Origin: Candidatus Yanofskybacteria bacterium RIFCSPLOWO2_01_FULL_42_49 | GTDB taxonomy: Bacteria; Patescibacteriota; Minisyncoccia; 2-02-FULL-40-12; GWA2-44-9 | Reading direction: 5' to 3' | Length of the DNA stretch: 64,000 bases | NCBI GenBank assembly: GCA_001795615.1 | Contig: MGKI01000011.1 | Coordinates: forward strand, 44,996 to 108,995 | Shown here: piece after piece, positions 18,594-28,698 of the stretch | How positions within the stretch are numbered: the stretch's first letter is position 1 | Layout: each line of letters begins with the position of its first letter | Made by a program: the position numbers and the translations under genes | Notes under the pieces: model-generated | What the model was told of the DNA's origin: nothing | Database searches by the model: none | What the model saw: only the letters and a program-made list of their open reading frames with translations

Positions 18594-20906
18594 ATGAATC
18601 TAGTCATCGTTGAGTCACCTACAAAAAGTCGCACAATTTCAAAATTCCTTGATAGGAGTTTTTCGATTCGCGCTTCCGTCGGCCATATTCGCGATCTTCC
18701 TAAAAGCAACAAAAAAGCCGTCGATATCAAAGGGGGGTTTATCCCCCATTACGAAATAAGCGAAGGCAAGAAAGACATCATTGATGATCTTAAAAAAACC
18801 GCCGCAAAGGCCGATGAAATTTATCTGGCTACTGACCCTGACAGAGAAGGTGAAGCAATCGCATGGCACATTGCCCAGGTATTAAACCTGGGAAACTCTA
18901 AATCCGACAGAGATTCCCGGCTTCACACGGGAACCTTTTCCAAGCAAACTCTAAACTCTAAACAATCTCAAATCTCAAATCTCAAATCTCAAAAAATTAA
19001 ACGAATTGTTTTTCACGAGATTACAAAAGAAGCTATACAGGAAGCACTCAAGCATCCTCGTGAAATAGATAAAAAACTTGTAAAAGCGCAGGAGGCGCGA
19101 CGAGTACTCGACCGTCTGGTTGGTTATGACTTATCCGGGTTGATTTGGAAAAAGGTGCGTTACGGACTTTCCGCGGGCCGGGTCCAGTCGCCGGCTCTTC
19201 GCATTATTGCCGAGCGCGAACGCGAAATCCAAGCTTTTAAAAGCGAGGATTATTACATTATTACCGCTGATGTTTTTGGAGGGAATAAGACAGTATTTCA
19301 AGTTACCTGCGAAGATCAGCCTAAAGACGCGAAAATCGCTGAAACCATTCTGGCTAAGAGTAAAACCGGATCATGGTTCGTCAAAAATATTGAAGAAGGA
19401 GAAGCTAAGCGTTCGCCTAGATCACCTTTCACCACATCAACCCTGCAGCAATCTGCGAGTTCGCGTTTGGGATTCTCTCCGTCCCGAACCATGGGCATAG
19501 CCCAAAAACTATATGAACAGGGCTACATCACCTATATGCGCACCGACAGTTTAAATATCGCCTCTTCCGCCCAAGGACAGATTGTAAACCTGATTGAGCA
19601 AAAATACGGCAAACAATATGCCGAGCCAAGAACATATAAGACTAAGAGCAAAAGCGCTCAAGAAGCCCACGAAGCAATCCGGCCGACAAATTCAGCTAGA
19701 GAAATCGCCGGCCACACCGAGGAACAAAAAAAGCTTTATCGCCTAATCAGGGAAAGAACAATCGCCTCTCAAATGGCCGATGCTAAAATTTTGCGAGCCA
19801 AGATAACAGCAAACACCAGAGAAGGGGGTATCCCCGATTTTGCCACAACCGGTTCAAGGGTTCTTTTTGACGGCTGGCTGGCTTGCGATACCAGAGCCAG
19901 AGGTGAAGATATAGAATTGCCGAAAGTCGTTAAAGACGAGCCGCTCACCTTGAAAGACATAATCAGTGAAGAAAAACATACCGAGCCGCCGCCCCGTTAT
20001 ACCGAGGCTGGCCTTGTTAAAGAGTTGGAAAAGCGCGGAATCGGAAGACCGTCTACTTATGCTTCTATTATTAAAACTTTGTACGATAGAAAATATGTAG
20101 AAAAAGAAGGTCGGGCGCTTAAACCGACAGACACAGGAGAAGTTGTCAGTTCTTTCCTTGAAAAAAATTTTATGGCCTATATCAATGACACTTTTACAGC
20201 TGAAATGGAAGACGAACTTGACGATATAGCAACCGGCAAAAGAGACTATGTTAAAACCCTCCAGGATTTTTACGTGCCTTTTCATAAAGATGTTAAAGCC
20301 AAAGAAAAAATAGACAAGCTGACCAACCTCGGTGCAGCGCCAACAAAATGGAAATGCCCGGAATGCGGCAATGCCATGATAATTAAACTTGGCAAGAGCG
20401 GGAAATTCATGAGTTGCGAACGATATCCGGAATGCAAAGGATCTCGTCGTATTGACGGTTCGGTGGTAGAGCCAAACAAACCTATCGGGACCGATCCGAA
20501 AACCGGCCTGCCAATCTTTGTTATGGAAGGAAAATTCGGACCTTATGTTCAAATCGGAGAAACCCATTCGACAAGCTCAGGGCAAGATATTAAAGAAAAG
20601 GTAAAGCCAAAAAGAGCAAGCGTCCCCAAAGGCAAAGACCCGGCAACGGTCAGTCAAGAAGAAGCTCTTAAATATTTAAGCCTGCCCCGCATACTCGGCA
20701 CTCACCCGGAAACCGGAAAAGAAATCGTTGCCAATATCGGCCGTTTTGGGCCTTATATTATGCACGACGGTGACTTTCGATCGCTTAAAAAAGATTCCGG
20801 AGATAATGTTTACACGATTGAACTATCCCGTGCCCTTGAAATATTGAAAGAAGAGAAAAAGATCGGGCGCCGAAGAAAAATTGAAGACAAGAGCGAAAAA
20901 CATTGA
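18594..20906 (+). CDS. topA: DNA topoisomerase I
   Basis: LVIVESP, GHIRDLP, ATDPDREGEAI, SAGRVQS, ITYMRTDS, one Zn ribbon and Toprim C-terminal repeats (GRFGPY); start MNLV at 18594. Confidence 0.96.
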   Translation: MNLVIVESPTKSRTISKFLDRSFSIRASVGHIRDLPKSNKKAVDIKGGFIPHYEISEGKKDIIDDLKKTAAKADEIYLATDPDREGEAIAWHIAQVLNLGNSKSDRDSRLHTGTFSKQTLNSKQSQISNLKSQKIKRIVFHEITKEAIQEALKHPREIDKKLVKAQEARRVLDRLVGYDLSGLIWKKVRYGLSAGRVQSPALRIIAEREREIQAFKSEDYYIITADVFGGNKTVFQVTCEDQPKDAKIAETILAKSKTGSWFVKNIEEGEAKRSPRSPFTTSTLQQSASSRLGFSPSRTMGIAQKLYEQGYITYMRTDSLNIASSAQGQIVNLIEQKYGKQYAEPRTYKTKSKSAQEAHEAIRPTNSAREIAGHTEEQKKLYRLIRERTIASQMADAKILRAKITANTREGGIPDFATTGSRVLFDGWLACDTRARGEDIELPKVVKDEPLTLKDIISEEKHTEPPPRYTEAGLVKELEKRGIGRPSTYASIIKTLYDRKYVEKEGRALKPTDTGEVVSSFLEKNFMAYINDTFTAEMEDELDDIATGKRDYVKTLQDFYVPFHKDVKAKEKIDKLTNLGAAPTKWKCPECGNAMIIKLGKSGKFMSCERYPECKGSRRIDGSVVEPNKPIGTDPKTGLPIFVMEGKFGPYVQIGETHSTSSGQDIKEKVKPKRASVPKGKDPATVSQEEALKYLSLPRILGTHPETGKEIVANIGRFGPYIMHDGDFRSLKKDSGDNVYTIELSRALEILKEEKKIGRRRKIEDKSEKH

Positions 20907-20940
20907 AAATTACTCCCAAAAGAGTAATTTTCTTTTATAC

Positions 20941-22671
20941 ATGGAAGGTCTATTATCAAAAATCTTAGAGAGTCCCGGGGGCGCTAAAAATCCTGCTTTG
21001 TTAGAGAAGGCTTTTCAATTTGCCGAAAAAGCTCATGCCGGACAAAAACGGCTATCCGGAGAAGAATACATCGTCCATCCTCTGAATGTGGCTAATTTTC
21101 TGGCCGAACTCGGGCTTGATCCCTCAACCATAGCGGCTGGCTTCCTCCACGATGTTTTGGAAGATACGAAAATTACGCTTGAAGAACTTAGAAAAGAATT
21201 TGGCGAAGATATCACTTTTTTGGTTGAAGGCATGACAAAATTAAGGAAAATATCCGATGCGGCCAACAAAGAAGAAAGCGTTCACAGGGGCCACTTCAAC
21301 TCGCTTAAAAAAATGTTCTTCGCTACCGCCGAAGACATCAGGGTAATCCTAATCAAGCTGGCTGATAAATATCACAACATGGAAACCCTCAAATTTATGT
21401 CCAAACCCGACCAGAAAAGAATTGCAACAGAGACGCTGGAGATATACGCTCCCGTAGCCGCTCGGCTTGGAATGGGACGACTAAAAGGCCAGCTTGAAGA
21501 TTTGGCTTTTCCGTATGTATATCCAAAAGAATATTCCTGGCTTTTAAAAAAAGTAAAAGAAAAATATACAGACAGAATTGATTATATTGAGAGGACAAAA
21601 CCTCTCATCAGAAGATATCTCAAAGACGCTGGAGTTCCAGTCATTGATCTACATTCAAGAGCAAAACATTATTACAGCTTATATCAAAAGCTCGAGAGAA
21701 AAGAAATGGACTTGGACAAAATACACGACCTGGTCGCAATGAGAATAATCGTTCCCGACATAAAGTCATGCTATGAAGCGTTGGGCGTAATACATAAACA
21801 CTACAAACCCTTGCCCGGCTTGATAAAGGACTACATAGCGCTTCCCAAGCCAAACGGATACCAGTCACTCCACACTACAATATTTTGCGAAAAAGGACGG
21901 CTCGTCGAAATACAAATACGCACAGAAAGTATGCACGACTACGCCGAAAACGGTATCGCCGCCCACTGGGCCTATGGCGAGAGCGGGAAAAAAGCTCCGG
22001 TATCGGCTAATGCCAGAGAAATCGAATGGGTTTCGCAACTGAAAAGATTTCTGGAAGAACAAAAAACCGAGGACGGGCTGTCGAACCTCAAAATCGATTT
22101 CTTCAAAAACCGAATATTTGTTTTTTCCCCAAAAGGCGATGTAAAAGATTTGCCTGAAGGCGCGACTCCGATTGATTTTGCTTATGCGATCCACACCGAC
22201 CTCGGCCATGCTACCAAGGGAGCAAAAATTAACGGCAAGATCGTTTCTCTGGACTATGAGCTGAGGAATGGCGATGTGGTTGAGATAATAAAGGGAAAAG
22301 AAAAAAAACCGTCATTTGACTGGCTGAAAATAGTTAAAACAGCAATGGCTAAAAAATCTATTTTATCTTGGTTTAGAGAAACTGGGGACGTTAGAGTAGA
22401 AAAAATTGAAGACAAACCAACCAAGCGTAAAACACAAACCGGAAAACGAAAAGCAAATGTGGCCATGATAAAAACCGGCGAACTCTTGATAGCCGGCCAG
22501 CGGGGACTTCTCTATAAAATAGCCAGATGCTGCAACCCGACCCCGAACCAAACAATAAAGGGATACATGACGCTCACCAAAGGAATAAGCATCCACAATC
22601 ACAACTGTTCAAACATAAAAAACGCTTCCGAAGCTAGACTGGTAAGCGTTTTGTGGGAATCAAAAAAATAG
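20941..22671 (+). CDS. rel: RelA/SpoT (p)ppGpp synthetase/hydrolase, no C-terminal ACT domain
   Basis: HAGQKRLSGE, LHDVLEDT, KLADK, KPNGYQSLHT, EIQIRT, TGS (DFAYAIHT), CCNP. Confidence 0.92.
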   Translation: MEGLLSKILESPGGAKNPALLEKAFQFAEKAHAGQKRLSGEEYIVHPLNVANFLAELGLDPSTIAAGFLHDVLEDTKITLEELRKEFGEDITFLVEGMTKLRKISDAANKEESVHRGHFNSLKKMFFATAEDIRVILIKLADKYHNMETLKFMSKPDQKRIATETLEIYAPVAARLGMGRLKGQLEDLAFPYVYPKEYSWLLKKVKEKYTDRIDYIERTKPLIRRYLKDAGVPVIDLHSRAKHYYSLYQKLERKEMDLDKIHDLVAMRIIVPDIKSCYEALGVIHKHYKPLPGLIKDYIALPKPNGYQSLHTTIFCEKGRLVEIQIRTESMHDYAENGIAAHWAYGESGKKAPVSANAREIEWVSQLKRFLEEQKTEDGLSNLKIDFFKNRIFVFSPKGDVKDLPEGATPIDFAYAIHTDLGHATKGAKINGKIVSLDYELRNGDVVEIIKGKEKKPSFDWLKIVKTAMAKKSILSWFRETGDVRVEKIEDKPTKRKTQTGKRKANVAMIKTGELLIAGQRGLLYKIARCCNPTPNQTIKGYMTLTKGISIHNHNCSNIKNASEARLVSVLWESKK

Positions 22672-22676
22672 GAAAT

Positions 22677-23549
22677 CTAGTCGATGATCGACTTGGCGAT
22701 CTCGTTGAGGTCTTGGAGAGTAGTGAATCGGATGACTATCTTGCCGCCTTTTTCAGCCGCGTGAATAAGTACCGGAGCCTTAAGCGTTTCGCTCAAGTTC
22801 TTTTCAAGTTCCAAGAATTTATTATCAATTTTCGACTTCCTGGTATTGCTCTTGCGAGAAGAAGCAATGCTTTCAACCTCCTTTGATGAAACGCCGCCGG
22901 CCAATATCTGCTTGTACATCTCTCTCTGCTTTCCTTCATCACTGAAAGCAAGAAGCGCCCGCGCATGAGCACGACTTAATTTACCGGAGCGCAACGATTC
23001 TTTTATGTCTTTCGGCAAGCCAAGCAAACGAATTGCATTAGCGACGACCTCTCTTGATTTAGAAACTTTTTCGGCAATTTCTTTTTGGGTTAAATTAAAT
23101 TCTTTAGAGAATCTGTCATACGCTTCCGCTTCTTCAACGGGGTTCAGATCCTTTCGCTGGATATTCTCTATAAGCGCAACTTCGAGATTAGCTTTGGGCT
23201 CTTCAAGATCGTCCCTGATAATAACCGGGACATGAGGCAAACCAGCGGCTTTGGCCGCCCTTAACCTTCTTTCTCCGGCGATTAACTGGTAGTAAACATT
23301 TAAACCCTGCCTGTTTTCTTCTTCAACTTTTGAAACTAAAAGGGGCTGTAAAACTCCGTATTTTCTTATTGATTTAGACAGTTCTTTCAGCCCGTCATCA
23401 TCAAAATCGTGCCTCGGCTGTTCGGGATTTGGCCTTATCTTGTTTACTTCAACATAAAAAACGCTGTCCTTTTTTACTTCAGGAATTATGTGTTTAGCGT
23501 CGGGAATCAACGAGTTTAAACCTTTACCTAATCCAAATAACTTTTTCAT
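22677..23549 (-). CDS. parB: ParB/Spo0J partition protein
   Basis: GLGKGLNSL, PNPEQPR, LIAGERRLRA, ENIQRKDLNPVEEA. Confidence 0.95.
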   Translation of the reverse strand: MKKLFGLGKGLNSLIPDAKHIIPEVKKDSVFYVEVNKIRPNPEQPRHDFDDDGLKELSKSIRKYGVLQPLLVSKVEEENRQGLNVYYQLIAGERRLRAAKAAGLPHVPVIIRDDLEEPKANLEVALIENIQRKDLNPVEEAEAYDRFSKEFNLTQKEIAEKVSKSREVVANAIRLLGLPKDIKESLRSGKLSRAHARALLAFSDEGKQREMYKQILAGGVSSKEVESIASSRKSNTRKSKIDNKFLELEKNLSETLKAPVLIHAAEKGGKIVIRFTTLQDLNEIAKSIID

Positions 23550-23552
23550 AAA

Positions 23553-23636
23553 TGTAATACGAATTCTACGAATATCACACGAATACTGCGAATAATTCGT
23601 GGTATTCGCATATTATTCGTTATATTCGTATTATGT
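23553..23636. repeat. 9-mer inverted array, copy 4
   Basis: tgtaatacgaattctacgaatatcacacgaatactgcgaataattcgtggtattcgcatattattcgttatattcgtatt. Confidence 0.85.
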
Positions 23637-23639
23637 TGA

Positions 23640-24404
23640 TTAACTTGTTAACCTTATGACTTCCTCCGCCAATTGCCTATACGCTCTTGCCGCACGGGAA
23701 CCAGGGTCAAACTGCAAAATTGTTTTACCGAAACTTGGTGCTTCGGCCAATGACACCAACCGAGGAATAACAGCATTGAAAACTCGGCCGGGGAAATTTT
23801 TGTGGATCTCATTCATCACTTGGTGCGATAACTGGTTCCTCTTATCATACATTGTAAGCAATACCCCAAGCACTTGCAAATCAGGGTTAAGCCCTTGCCG
23901 GACAAGGTTGATTGTATTAAGCAGCTGGCTTAATCCTTCTAGTGCGAAGTATTCGCACTGAACCGGAATTACCACATTCTCTGAAGCAGCCAAAGCATTA
24001 ACGGTCAAAAGCCCTAGCGAAGGCGGACAATCAATCAGTATGTAGTCATAATTTGTACGAATTGAGTTTAGAACTTTCTTGAGACGGGTTTCTCTTTCAT
24101 CCATCGTAACCAGTTCTACGGTAGCACCGGCCAAGCTTTGAGCGGCGGGAAGAATGTCAAAGCCAAAGATTGATGTCTTTCTTATTATCGTCTCTGGATT
24201 TTGGTCAACGACAAGAGAATGATAAACATTGGGGTGATCTTGTTTTAGACTTACTCCAATACCAATCGTAGCATTTGCTTGAGAGTCTAAATCAACCAAT
24301 AAAACATATCTGCCCATAGCCGCAAGGTAGGCGGCTAAATTAGTGGCAGTAGTGGTCTTGCCAACTCCCCCTTTTTGATTGCAAACACTTATTACTCTAG
24401 CCAT
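23640..24404 (-). CDS. parA: ParA/Soj ATPase
   Basis: NQKGGVGKTTT, DLDSQANAT, IDCPPSLG, PVQCEYFALEG, LAEAPSFG. Confidence 0.96.
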   Translation of the reverse strand: MARVISVCNQKGGVGKTTTATNLAAYLAAMGRYVLLVDLDSQANATIGIGVSLKQDHPNVYHSLVVDQNPETIIRKTSIFGFDILPAAQSLAGATVELVTMDERETRLKKVLNSIRTNYDYILIDCPPSLGLLTVNALAASENVVIPVQCEYFALEGLSQLLNTINLVRQGLNPDLQVLGVLLTMYDKRNQLSHQVMNEIHKNFPGRVFNAVIPRLVSLAEAPSFGKTILQFDPGSRAARAYRQLAEEVIRLTS

Positions 24405-24482
24405 ATATAGTTTAATTCTATAACTCTGATATAATTTTGCAATTGAAAATTATCGAATAAAATGGTAAAATTTATACAAGTT

Positions 24483-24569
24483 GCTCGAGTGGCGGAATTG
24501 GCATACGCGCGTGACTCAAAATCGCGTGTCCTTACGGACTTGTGGGTTCAACTCCCACCTCGAGCACCA
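24483..24569 (+). tRNA. tRNA-Leu (CAA)
   Basis: gctcgag/ctcgagc acceptor stem with encoded ACCA, anticodon loop ctCAAaa, long variable arm, GGTTCAACTCC. Confidence 0.93.
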
Positions 24570-24653
24570 GTAAGGAAATTGTAGGAGCTTTACAAATAGT
24601 AAAATTGGCATATACTATGCTCCAGATCTCAAGTAAAGTAAAAGGGCTCAGAC

Positions 24654-24905
24654 ATGGACAAGAACAGAATGGCAGTATTGGTGGAAAAAGCCCTAGATGG
24701 CCGGATATCAAAGAAAGGGGCAGCTGACTTATTAAAAGCTCTCTGGCACAAATTCTGGAACGGCGGCCTTGAAAATCATAAAGAGAAGGTGGTTTTATAT
24801 GCTTATACGGTCTTCGACTTTCGGCATAACAGCTTGCGAGAAAAAAGAAACGAATGTATAAAAAGAGAGCTGGAAAGACAAAGAGTACGAACTGCTATAA
24901 TTTAA
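24654..24905 (+). CDS. Hypothetical protein
   Basis: 83-aa ORF with a purine-rich leader; hairpin gtgccc..gggcat plus T-run downstream. Confidence 0.55.
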   Translation: MDKNRMAVLVEKALDGRISKKGAADLLKALWHKFWNGGLENHKEKVVLYAYTVFDFRHNSLREKRNECIKRELERQRVRTAII

Positions 24906-25006
24906 AAAACAGTCCCAGTGCCCATTACGGGCATTTTTGTTTACACTAATATTCCGATATGGTAAGGTGATTCTCAGATTATCATTTACAAATAAGCCGA
25001 GGCATA

Positions 25007-25567
25007 ATGAGAAAGCTGCAATGGCTCATAGCGATTATAAGTATTCTGACTGGAATTTTTCTGTTCTCGTTCCCACTTAACGGCACCGATAAAGAACTCC
25101 GTCCAATTGTACTTCCTGACGACTATGACCAACTCAAAGTTGCGGCCAGAGGCACCGTTTCATGCACCCAAAACGAATCTTTCTCAGCGGGAATGGCAGA
25201 CCTTTTGGTATATCCCGACCCCAAAAGTCCTAAACACTATATCATCATCACATCTAATACCGGTTTAACGGACGGCGACCTTGGTAAAAGCGACGAAGAA
25301 CTGAGGGACAAGATGGCGCTTTTATCCCCCTATGCCCTCTTCCACCTGCAAGTTCTAGACAATAAGCAGGTCAAGATAAGCTCCTTCATGAGAGAAGGAG
25401 ATATGTGGCTAGAAGCCCTCAAGCTCTGGCAAACAAGATTTGACATGAACTGGGAACTTGTGGACACACAAACCAGAAATGCAGGCCAAAATGATAATGT
25501 CGGAGATAAAATGCTGGAAGACATTTATAAAATGAGTTGTAAGCTGTCGGTAGGAACCATTCACTGA
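25007..25567 (+). CDS. Hypothetical secreted or membrane-anchored protein
   Basis: N-terminal hydrophobic signal; gagg RBS. Confidence 0.7.
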   Translation: MRKLQWLIAIISILTGIFLFSFPLNGTDKELRPIVLPDDYDQLKVAARGTVSCTQNESFSAGMADLLVYPDPKSPKHYIIITSNTGLTDGDLGKSDEELRDKMALLSPYALFHLQVLDNKQVKISSFMREGDMWLEALKLWQTRFDMNWELVDTQTRNAGQNDNVGDKMLEDIYKMSCKLSVGTIH

Positions 25568-25587
25568 CGATAACGCTCCCTACTGCA

Positions 25588-25612
25588 AACCCCGGCATTA
25601 GCCGGGGTTTTT
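25588..25612. terminator. Bidirectional terminator between convergent genes
   Basis: aaaccccggc-atta-gccggggttttt. Confidence 0.8.
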
Positions 25613-27479
25613 ATTCTACAGTAACACTTTTAGCTAAATTTCGTGGTTTATCGACATCATATCCCCGCATCACACCTACATAGTAAGCAAAAAGGTGAAG
25701 CGGGCTAGCCGAAAGAATCGGAGTTAGCATTTCCAGCATCTTCGGAATATATACGACATCGTCGGCAATTTTTGATATTTCTTTGTTGCCTTCAGTGGCA
25801 ATAGCAATAACCTTTCCGTTTCTGGCTTTTATTTCTTGGATATTGCTAACTACCTTTTCATAAACACTGTCAGAGGGAGCAATAATCATGCTCGGAAAAT
25901 TTTTATCTATCATTGCTATCGGCCCATGCTTCATCTCCCCCGCTCCGTAACCTTCAGCGTGAATATAGGAAACCTCTTTTAATTTTAGAGCACCCTCAAG
26001 GGCGACGGGATAGTTATATTTTCTTCCAAGATAAAAAAAGTGGCCGTGTTTATGATATTTTCTTGCAATTTTTTTGATATTCGGCGCTTCCTTCAAGACC
26101 CTTCTCATTTTTTCTGGCAAAGTTGAGAGTTCAGAAGCAATGCGTTTTCCCATTACCAAAGACATGCCCCTTTGACGGCCCACGAAAAGGGTTAAAAGAG
26201 ATAACACGGCTAGCTGTGAAACAAACGCCTTTGTAGAAGCAACGCTTACTTCCGGCCCGGCGTGATTATATACTCCAGCATTGGTCTCACGAGCAATGGA
26301 AGATCCGACCACATTAACTAAGCCCAAATTAAGAACCCCTTTTCTTTTTGCTTCCTTTAACGCCTCGAGGGTATCAGCGGTCTCTCCCGATTGGCTTATG
26401 GATAAAAGAGCGGTTCTGGCGTCAAATAGTTGTTTTTTATATCTGAGTTCCGAAGCGTATTCAACCTCAACCGGCATCCCGCCGTATTCTTCAAGCATAT
26501 ACTCTCCAGTAAGGCCAGCTAGATATGCCGTACCGCAGGCAGAAATTATCAAACGGTTCAGCCGTTTCATTTTATCCTCCACCGATTCAAGCCCCCCAAG
26601 TTTAGCAAGGCCGTCCTTTACGATAAGCCGACCTCTAATAGCGTTCTCTACCGCTTCCGGCTCCTCATAAATTTCTTTGAGCATAAAATGGGGGAAATTA
26701 TTCTTCCTTGCTTCATCTTTCGCGGAGAGAAACCCATGCACAGCCAGGTCTACGGGCGACTGTTCTATTAACTCCTGGCTGCGGAATACTTTTTTCCTAT
26801 CAAGCGTCGCAACTCTAAAATCCGACGGAGTGATAACGGCAAATTCTCCGTCATGAAGATAAACAACTCTTCTGGCGTAAGGCAGAATAGCTGAAACATC
26901 AGAAGCGACAAACTTACTATTTTCAGCAAAGCCGACAAGAAGCGGGCTTGATTTTTTGGCCACTATCATCGTATCCGGGGCATCGGCGCTGATAATAACA
27001 AGGGCATAGGCACCAACTACGGACTCAAGAGTCAGTCGGACCGACTCCTCAAAACTGTACTTTTTTGAGAACTCTTCTATGAGATGAGCCATAACCTCAG
27101 TATCGGTATCCGATTTAAAAATATGGCCTCTTTTTTCAAGTTTGCTTTTTAGTTCTTTGTGGTTTTCTATTATCCCATTGTGAACTAAATGAATCCTTCC
27201 TGTGCAATCGCAATGGGGATGGGCATTTTTATTGGTTGGTTTGCCGTGTGTGGCCCAGCGAGTATGGCCCATGGCAACTGATGATTTAATGCTCCGGGAG
27301 ATAACCTTTTCAAGCTCAAAAACCCTGCCAGATTGTTTTCTCGAGTAGATTTTAGAATTTATCACCGCGGCAAGACCAGACGAATCGTAACCGCGATATT
27401 CAAGACGCTTTAAACCGTCGATAATAATATCGGCCACATTTAACTTATCCTCAGAAACAAAGCCAAAAATACCACACAT
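25611..27479 (-). CDS. glmS: Glutamine-fructose-6-phosphate transaminase
   Basis: MCGIFG, LEYRGYDS, GHTRWATHG, SQSGETADT, DKPRNLAKSVTVE. Confidence 0.97.
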   Translation of the reverse strand: MCGIFGFVSEDKLNVADIIIDGLKRLEYRGYDSSGLAAVINSKIYSRKQSGRVFELEKVISRSIKSSVAMGHTRWATHGKPTNKNAHPHCDCTGRIHLVHNGIIENHKELKSKLEKRGHIFKSDTDTEVMAHLIEEFSKKYSFEESVRLTLESVVGAYALVIISADAPDTMIVAKKSSPLLVGFAENSKFVASDVSAILPYARRVVYLHDGEFAVITPSDFRVATLDRKKVFRSQELIEQSPVDLAVHGFLSAKDEARKNNFPHFMLKEIYEEPEAVENAIRGRLIVKDGLAKLGGLESVEDKMKRLNRLIISACGTAYLAGLTGEYMLEEYGGMPVEVEYASELRYKKQLFDARTALLSISQSGETADTLEALKEAKRKGVLNLGLVNVVGSSIARETNAGVYNHAGPEVSVASTKAFVSQLAVLSLLTLFVGRQRGMSLVMGKRIASELSTLPEKMRRVLKEAPNIKKIARKYHKHGHFFYLGRKYNYPVALEGALKLKEVSYIHAEGYGAGEMKHGPIAMIDKNFPSMIIAPSDSVYEKVVSNIQEIKARNGKVIAIATEGNKEISKIADDVVYIPKMLEMLTPILSASPLHLFAYYVGVMRGYDVDKPRNLAKSVTVE

Positions 27480-27579
27480 GCCACAAGTATTAAGTATTGA
27501 GAGTTAAGTATCAAGGCCATTAAATCAAAAAGCCATTAAGCGGTTTTAGTCCACAACATTTAATACTGTATACTTAACA

Positions 27580-27921
27580 CTAAGAAGTTGGAGCTTCGGC
27601 GGGAAGCTGTTCTACAGAAGGCGCCGCTGGTTTAGTTTCGGATGCTTGTTCCTTCTTTTTTGGTTTCCAGCTTTGCATTTTGGGCTTATTCCAATATTTA
27701 TAATCTACAAGGAGATTATTAACCGTCGGCGACACTTGAGCGCCTTTTGATGCCCAATATTCAATCCGTTCCATTTTAACATTGAGCTCTTTTTTATGAG
27801 GATCGTAGTTACCCAAAAGCTCCAAAAATTCTCCCTTTGTTTTTTTGGTGTGCTCTAAAACAACTACCCTGAAATAGGCCTGACCTCGCTTCCCTGTTCG
27901 TTGTAATCTAACCTTAAGCAT
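27580..27921 (-). CDS. rpsP: 30S ribosomal protein S16
   Basis: MLKVRLQRTGKR..FRVVV..LGNYDP..GAQVSPTV. Confidence 0.93.
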   Translation of the reverse strand: MLKVRLQRTGKRGQAYFRVVVLEHTKKTKGEFLELLGNYDPHKKELNVKMERIEYWASKGAQVSPTVNNLLVDYKYWNKPKMQSWKPKKKEQASETKPAAPSVEQLPAEAPTS

Positions 27922-28008
27922 GGGCTATATACTATCAATCTCTCTCAATTTTAGCAAGTTTTAGAATTTGGAATTTGTTATTTGTGATTTGGAATTTCAA
28001 AAGAAAGG

Positions 28009-28698
28009 TTACCATCCTTTCTTTTGAAGCGCGTCTTCCGCCGCCATTTGTTGCGCCTCCTGCTTAGACGGTCCTTGGCCGACTCCAGCCAGTTCTTTTT
28101 CTAAAAATACGCCGACCTTGAAATTCCTTGCATGATCCGGCCCCCACTCTTCAAGCACTTCATAGGTAGGAGTGATGCTGACCTTATCTTGCGCCATTTC
28201 CTGAAACGAGCTCTTGGCGTCTCGGTATAGATGCTTTTCTATTATCATCGGCAGTTCTTTAAGAATAAACCTCTTGATGAATTTTTCGCACGGTTCATAT
28301 CCTTGATCCAAATATATAGCCCCTATTAGCGCTTCGATAGCATTGGCCAAAATATATTGCCTTGCCCGGCCGGTATCTTTTGCCTCTCCGCGCGAAAGAA
28401 GAATATATTCATTCAAATCAAACTCTCCGGTAATTTTTGACAAGATGACCGCATTAACCAGCGCCGCCCGCCAATTGGTCATTTCTCCCTCTGGGTTAGG
28501 ATAATTTTTGTAAAGATATTCCGTAACCACCAATTCTAAAACCGCGTCGCCTAAAAACTCTAGGCGCTCATTGTGGTCCAGTCGCCAGCTCGGATTTTCA
28601 TTAATATATGAACGATGAGTTAAGGCCGTGAGTAGCAGGTCTTTGTTTTTGAATTGAAATCCTATTTTTGACTCTAACTCAGAAGTTTTTTCTAACAT
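28009..28698 (-). CDS. rnc: Ribonuclease III
   Basis: ALTHRSY, NERLEFLGDAVL, EALIGAIYLD, dsRBD GPDH. Confidence 0.97.
   Translation of the reverse strand: MLEKTSELESKIGFQFKNKDLLLTALTHRSYINENPSWRLDHNERLEFLGDAVLELVVTEYLYKNYPNPEGEMTNWRAALVNAVILSKITGEFDLNEYILLSRGEAKDTGRARQYILANAIEALIGAIYLDQGYEPCEKFIKRFILKELPMIIEKHLYRDAKSSFQEMAQDKVSITPTYEVLEEWGPDHARNFKVGVFLEKELAGVGQGPSKQEAQQMAAEDALQKKGW

Noticed and set aside
24483-25567. Integrated element at tRNA-Leu
   Set aside because: Two orphan genes follow the tRNA, but no integrase or duplicated tRNA 3' end was found.
26715-26765. Extra ~12 residues in GlmS (SPVDLAVHGFLSAK) as a repeat element
   Set aside because: Probably an insertion, but no clear palindrome or second copy in the window supports a family.
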